DNA of 64,000 nt, taken from NCBI GenBank assembly GCA_964187785.1, contig OZ076409.1, positions 78,866,001 to 78,930,000 on the forward strand, given 5' to 3'. Source of the DNA: Amphiscolops sp. MND2022. Lineage: Eukaryota. The translations under genes were made by a program, and so were the position numbers. Positions 59,537 to 64,000 of the stretch are shown piece by piece; position 1 is the stretch's first letter; the number at the start of each line of letters is the position of its first letter. The notes under the pieces are model-generated. The model did not search any database and was not told the origin of the DNA. It saw only the letters and a program-made list of their open reading frames with translations.

Positions 59537-61779
59537 TCCAAGAGAGCTGGATAATTAAAACATGTGCTGGTTCTCAAGAAGTACAACAACTCCGGCAGAC
59601 TGAAGCATTTCTTCAATATAAAAAAACCATAATGGGCATCCAGTTTTTCAACAAATCCATTAACTTCTCCTGACCCAATAATTCTCTTTTCTAATGAGTC
59701 TGCCTGCGGTTTCGGACCGGGCGGTGAACCAACAATAAGAAGTTCACCCTCCATTGGTGTTTTGATCCCGCTGCAGGTTTTTGTATAGATACTGAAACTG
59801 TCGATCGTCGTTTTTCAGTGATGTCACCGAGGAAAATCATCACATTTGTGTGTTTTTTATAATCTCAACATTTTTTCCGCACCAACAATTTTTTCGAGAC
59901 CTTTCAGAACGGTTCTCTAATCATCACTTAAATTACCCTTGCAGAGGTACCAAAAGTTCATTTTCGTCTCCAAATTGTCAATCAGATCCTGATTGGAATC
60001 CGAAAAAAAACTGGAGACCCAGGATCTTCTTGCTGGGTCCCTTCACAAGTTTTATTTACTGGAACACCGTAAAATTGAAACTTTGTTGACTGTAGCCCGA
60101 GTGTGAGTACTTGTAATCATCAGTGTGTATTTCGAAAGTTTTCTGGAGCATGAACCGTCGGTTCATCGAATCGTAAGCGTTTTTAATGTCAATTTTCAAG
60201 ATTGTGTTTTCTTTGGGCTGCGGGGTTTCTATCAAACCACGGAACACTTGTGAGGCCAATTTAGCGCCCTTTTTGGTGCCTACACCTTTTTGTTGTCAAC
60301 TTCCGTATCTTGCTTGACGTGATGCAAAGACATGTTATCCGGCACATTTTGCGGACAAGTGGCAAAACTTATTGTCCACAGCGATAGGACGAAGTCCTCC
60401 ATCGTGTTCTTTAGCGCAACTAATTTCGCACTAAATAAGTACGGTCTTATATCGAAAGGTTCTTTTCGTTCAAAAATCACAATTAGAAGATTCGTTAGGG
60501 CTATGAAAAAATCAGTCTAGTTTGCCCGGTCGACTTGGCAGTCAAATGTTTCAAAATTTGGTGCCAAGTGCCATCCAAACCTGCACTAGTGCTGTTGGCG
60601 AAGAACAAAAGAGCCTTGTGGACGAAGAATTCGGACCCTGAAAAACAATCGAAAACTGTGGCATCCGGAACAGAGCGAATTTCGCTCTGCGGATGGTTCA
60701 GCTTGAAAAACGCGTAGTTTTTGACCGTGAAATCTGCAATCTTTTTGTCCTCTACTGCCATTCTGATTCCGGCCTTAAAATTACCGTCGTCTAATTCAAG
60801 GCAAATGGAACGCAGACGCCGATCTAACTAGTTTTTCTGTTGCAGTTTCTGTCGCGTTTTGGTTTTCACTCAATGCAACCGTCCGGAATGAGCTTGCTGA
60901 TATTTGCACTGAGATTGGACCACTGACGCTTACGTTCTCGAGGTGGGTGTTCCAAAAAACAACTTAGAGATAAGAGCAATAAGCACCACCAGGCAGAATT
61001 TGACGGGGTTTCAGAAATGCAAGTGTTTTGAGTATCAAGTTTTCAGCTGTGGGGATGCGTGAATTTTTAGCAACGTTTTTCAAGTAATCAACGCTTGAAT
61101 TAAGTTGGGTGTCTGGTCTAAAGTTATCATCATAACACTCAGGGATAGTGTTCACTGATGAGAACCTACAACATTCAAATTCAGCAAGGCTCCGGGCTTC
61201 CAATATTAGTAAATTGGCCTGACTCAGGAATTAGGAATGACTCAGGATCTCCTTGCTGGGCCAAATCAAACAAATATTGTGCTGTTGACAGTTGTTCACA
61301 AACTACTTTGTGAAAGATTACTAACAGTGCGAAAAACGTTTGAGGAAAAAGTTGTACTAGTAATTGTTCCTTAGGGGCGCGCATAACAGGGGTTCACAGG
61401 TAGATAGTGACCTGCAGACAACAAATAGTTTTCGTTGATCAGCTTTTTCGTTGTGTCCGTTTTTTAAAAAAATCCGAATGTGTTTGAGTTCTTCTCAATA
61501 CTTGCCTGGTGTGGACTGGAGAACATTCATGCTCTCACTGGTGCCAACACTGTTGGACAATGAATTCCAGTACAATATTGAGTTTAGAAACCAGTCGAGC
61601 CTCCGCAAGTAGGGGGGAAAACTTCCGGCGTTTCAACCATTAAAGAACTGGATAAAAAGATAACAAACGGCATTCTTGTTTGTTCATGAGAATTGCAGCA
61701 CATAGCTGAAAGTTAATGACCCCGGTCGTCATCTTTAGAAAAACTTCCTCTTGTTTCTGCACAAATTGCAATCAAAAAA

Positions 61780-62995
61780 TGGTTTGCAATGTGCAAACGA
61801 ACTTCTCAGAGACTTTTTGTTGACAAAATATCACATCAAGCAGAAAATTTTGCTTTTAATGATCCTTAGATTGGTGTATTTGCTGAGACAATTCAAAACT
61901 TTGCACGTACGAAACGTGAACTCTTCTCTTGCTTTTTTAGTGAGTAATTTGGCCAAAACAAAGATTTTAAAAGATTTCCACCAGGTCTTTGACAAACTGG
62001 CCAACGGGGATCAAATTCGTGGGCGGTAATCTTGGTCATGGTCAGGATATCACCCAGTTGCACAAACATAGTTAGACCTAAAATATTTAGCAGACGAAAA
62101 TGGTTCACATTGCTGGCATCCTCCGTTCCGCTGAACGTTTTCACCACCTTTATCTGAACCCGCTCATGTAAGTGTATGTCTGATCTTGATGCTGATACAC
62201 AGGTGAAACCGTACAGAAGAAATGGCAATCTAACAGTTTTGAGCAGACCGAGTTCCATTACGCTTTTTGTTTGTACAGCAACACTTCGCTAAATCCAATG
62301 AAAAACTTTCTGGGCTTTGTTGAGTGTGAGATCAACATGGTTCTACAAGGAGAGACTTTCTGAACATAAACACGAAATCTGAACAAATTTCGATACTCGT
62401 AGTACTTGGTTGTTTATTCTAAAGCCATGATTTTTCTCTGATTTGCAAATCGCACATTCTTTCAAGTTGAAAAAACTCCGTTTTGCCTTTCTTTAGCCAG
62501 GTTTCAACAGCATGAAGGTCACCTTGATCTTGTTTGTAGGATTTGTTGGTAGATAAGTTTTTTGGTCTTCCGCTAAGAGAAAGCGGAAGCCACTTGTAAT
62601 ATCAAGCTGTTTCGAATTTGTGTTCTCGACTATGACAAACTGCTTTCTGTTTTCCAGGTAACTGATTGGTTTCTCAAGTAGACATCCCCCGACTCTGACG
62701 TTTGCAAGTTTCTGAATCATTTCATACTTCATCAAATGCTTTTGAAAAGGCTGTTTAAAATACAGTGTGTTCAGTTTTGAACCTCGTCCATTGCTGTATA
62801 GATTTTCTCAAAGCTCAGCGTGTTAGTCAGGATTGATCTTCCTTTAACAAAACTATGTTGGCTTTGTGTCAAGTAATTGCAGCAATGGGGAAACAGAGCA
62901 AGGCACATACATTTCTCAAGTACTTTGCTATCAACGTTTAAGAGAGATGATGATGTCACATCCCCGGCTAAGCTGTAAGTGTTGCAACGCAAAGA
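61780..62995 (-). mobile_element. Degenerate L2/CR1-type LINE reverse transcriptase fragment
   Basis: LLNVDSKVLEK..QSQHSFVKGRSILTN, YLENRKQFVIVEN..SKQLDITSG. Heavily frameshifted. Confidence 0.75.
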
Positions 62996-64000
62996 ACCTA
63001 GTCTACGGAGAAAGAAATGGGAAATAAAGGAGAGAAAACAATTAAATGAACCAACATGCAACCGTTTCGTGATATATGTTACTGATTTATGTTGAATAAC
63101 CTAAAATAACGGAGTTAAAATAATATAATAATCAATAAGGATTACATACCAATATTTATATAATTATATACTATTACATACATACATACATAAAGTGTAC
63201 CAACCGAAATGAAGGTATTGTGCAGTTATTAGTATTATTACAGTGCTATATAATTTTTGTCAATCGAATCATACGGCCTAGCAAGCGGCCTGAGAAATTA
63301 ATTGACAGAACCGCGACCTGGCCGCCAGGCTCATATTCCAGCAGCGATACGCCGGCCTGGCAAGCTGCCTCAGAATAAAATGTGCTGTGCGCTATTATCC
63401 TATAATAAACTCGTTATCATTGAGTACATGTAAACCTGTTGATTCATTAGGACGACAATTGAAACGATGCTATACATGTAATTGTTTAAATATGTTAAAA
63501 GTCGAGGTGAACTTTGAAATGTCATATAGTGCGTTCCAGGACGCGGCCTGGAATGAATTTTATTGAAATCTATTGTGGAGATGGAAGACGCTGATGCTAC
63601 TAATAATCCTTCTTTCCCTAATGAATCTAAAGCTTAATACTCATGATTGCGAATGATGATCGATGATTGCATGTAATTTATAATACTATTTTTCATGAAA
63701 ACCACGTTTAATTGTTGAATGGCCTGGCCCTCGGCCGGGGACCATGATCGCACCCCTCGTTGAATTTGTTCGTTTATGCCCTAAAATAACAGCCTTTCCA
63801 AGCAAATGATAACTTTGTGCAGTATTTTTAGAGTTGCTAATTTACACCAAGAGACATTTTGTCCTTTGTAAATCTTGAATGTTATTCCTCTCAAATTGTA
63901 TTTCCCTTCATTGGCTGCAATTTGATGATTCACTCCCCAATTTTCACTGTCAAGTTCAGCTTCGGCGTCTTGAAATGGCGGGAATAAGAGGCGAAGGGAA

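Larger units (their letters stand above)
54430..61600 (-). mobile_element. CRE-like non-LTR retrotransposon (RT plus restriction-like endonuclease), decayed and carrying nested insertions
   Basis: RT motifs SAGLDG, AKLVALK and LKIDIKNAYDSMNR. Also GLRLG..CHC, RPDGVTMIPWEIGKQLVWDVT|VVDALAPS, EAHKIEKY, QPVGME and FLKQRISLALQIGNAACVLGT. Ends are approximate. Confidence 0.85.

Noticed and set aside
61705..61745. Self-cleaving ribozyme at the 5' end of the CRE element
   Set aside because: On the minus strand GATGACGACCGGGGTC only loosely resembles a hammerhead, and the CUGA and GAAA cores are not intact.

Overview
AT-rich animal (invertebrate-type) genomic DNA. I could hand-splice a 21-exon USP32 deubiquitinase gene on the minus strand (53797 to 2219, about 1645 aa, all exon phases compatible). 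The first two coding exons of prefoldin subunit 1 follow on the same strand. Introns and upstream DNA are packed with transposons: a complete but decayed Gypsy element, two Copia elements, a CRE-like RLE LINE carrying several nested insertions, an L2/CR1 LINE remnant, TIR MITEs, four Helentron-type non-autonomous families, and a 3.5-kb tandem triplication. The most striking element is a 420-bp miniature LTR retrotransposon (TRIM) at 54002-54421. Each of its LTRs contains a tRNA-like Pol III gene, and its primer-binding site is complementary to the CCA-matured 3' end of that same RNA, so it appears to encode its own reverse-transcription primer. Coordinates were counted by eye, and TE ends may be off by a few bases.
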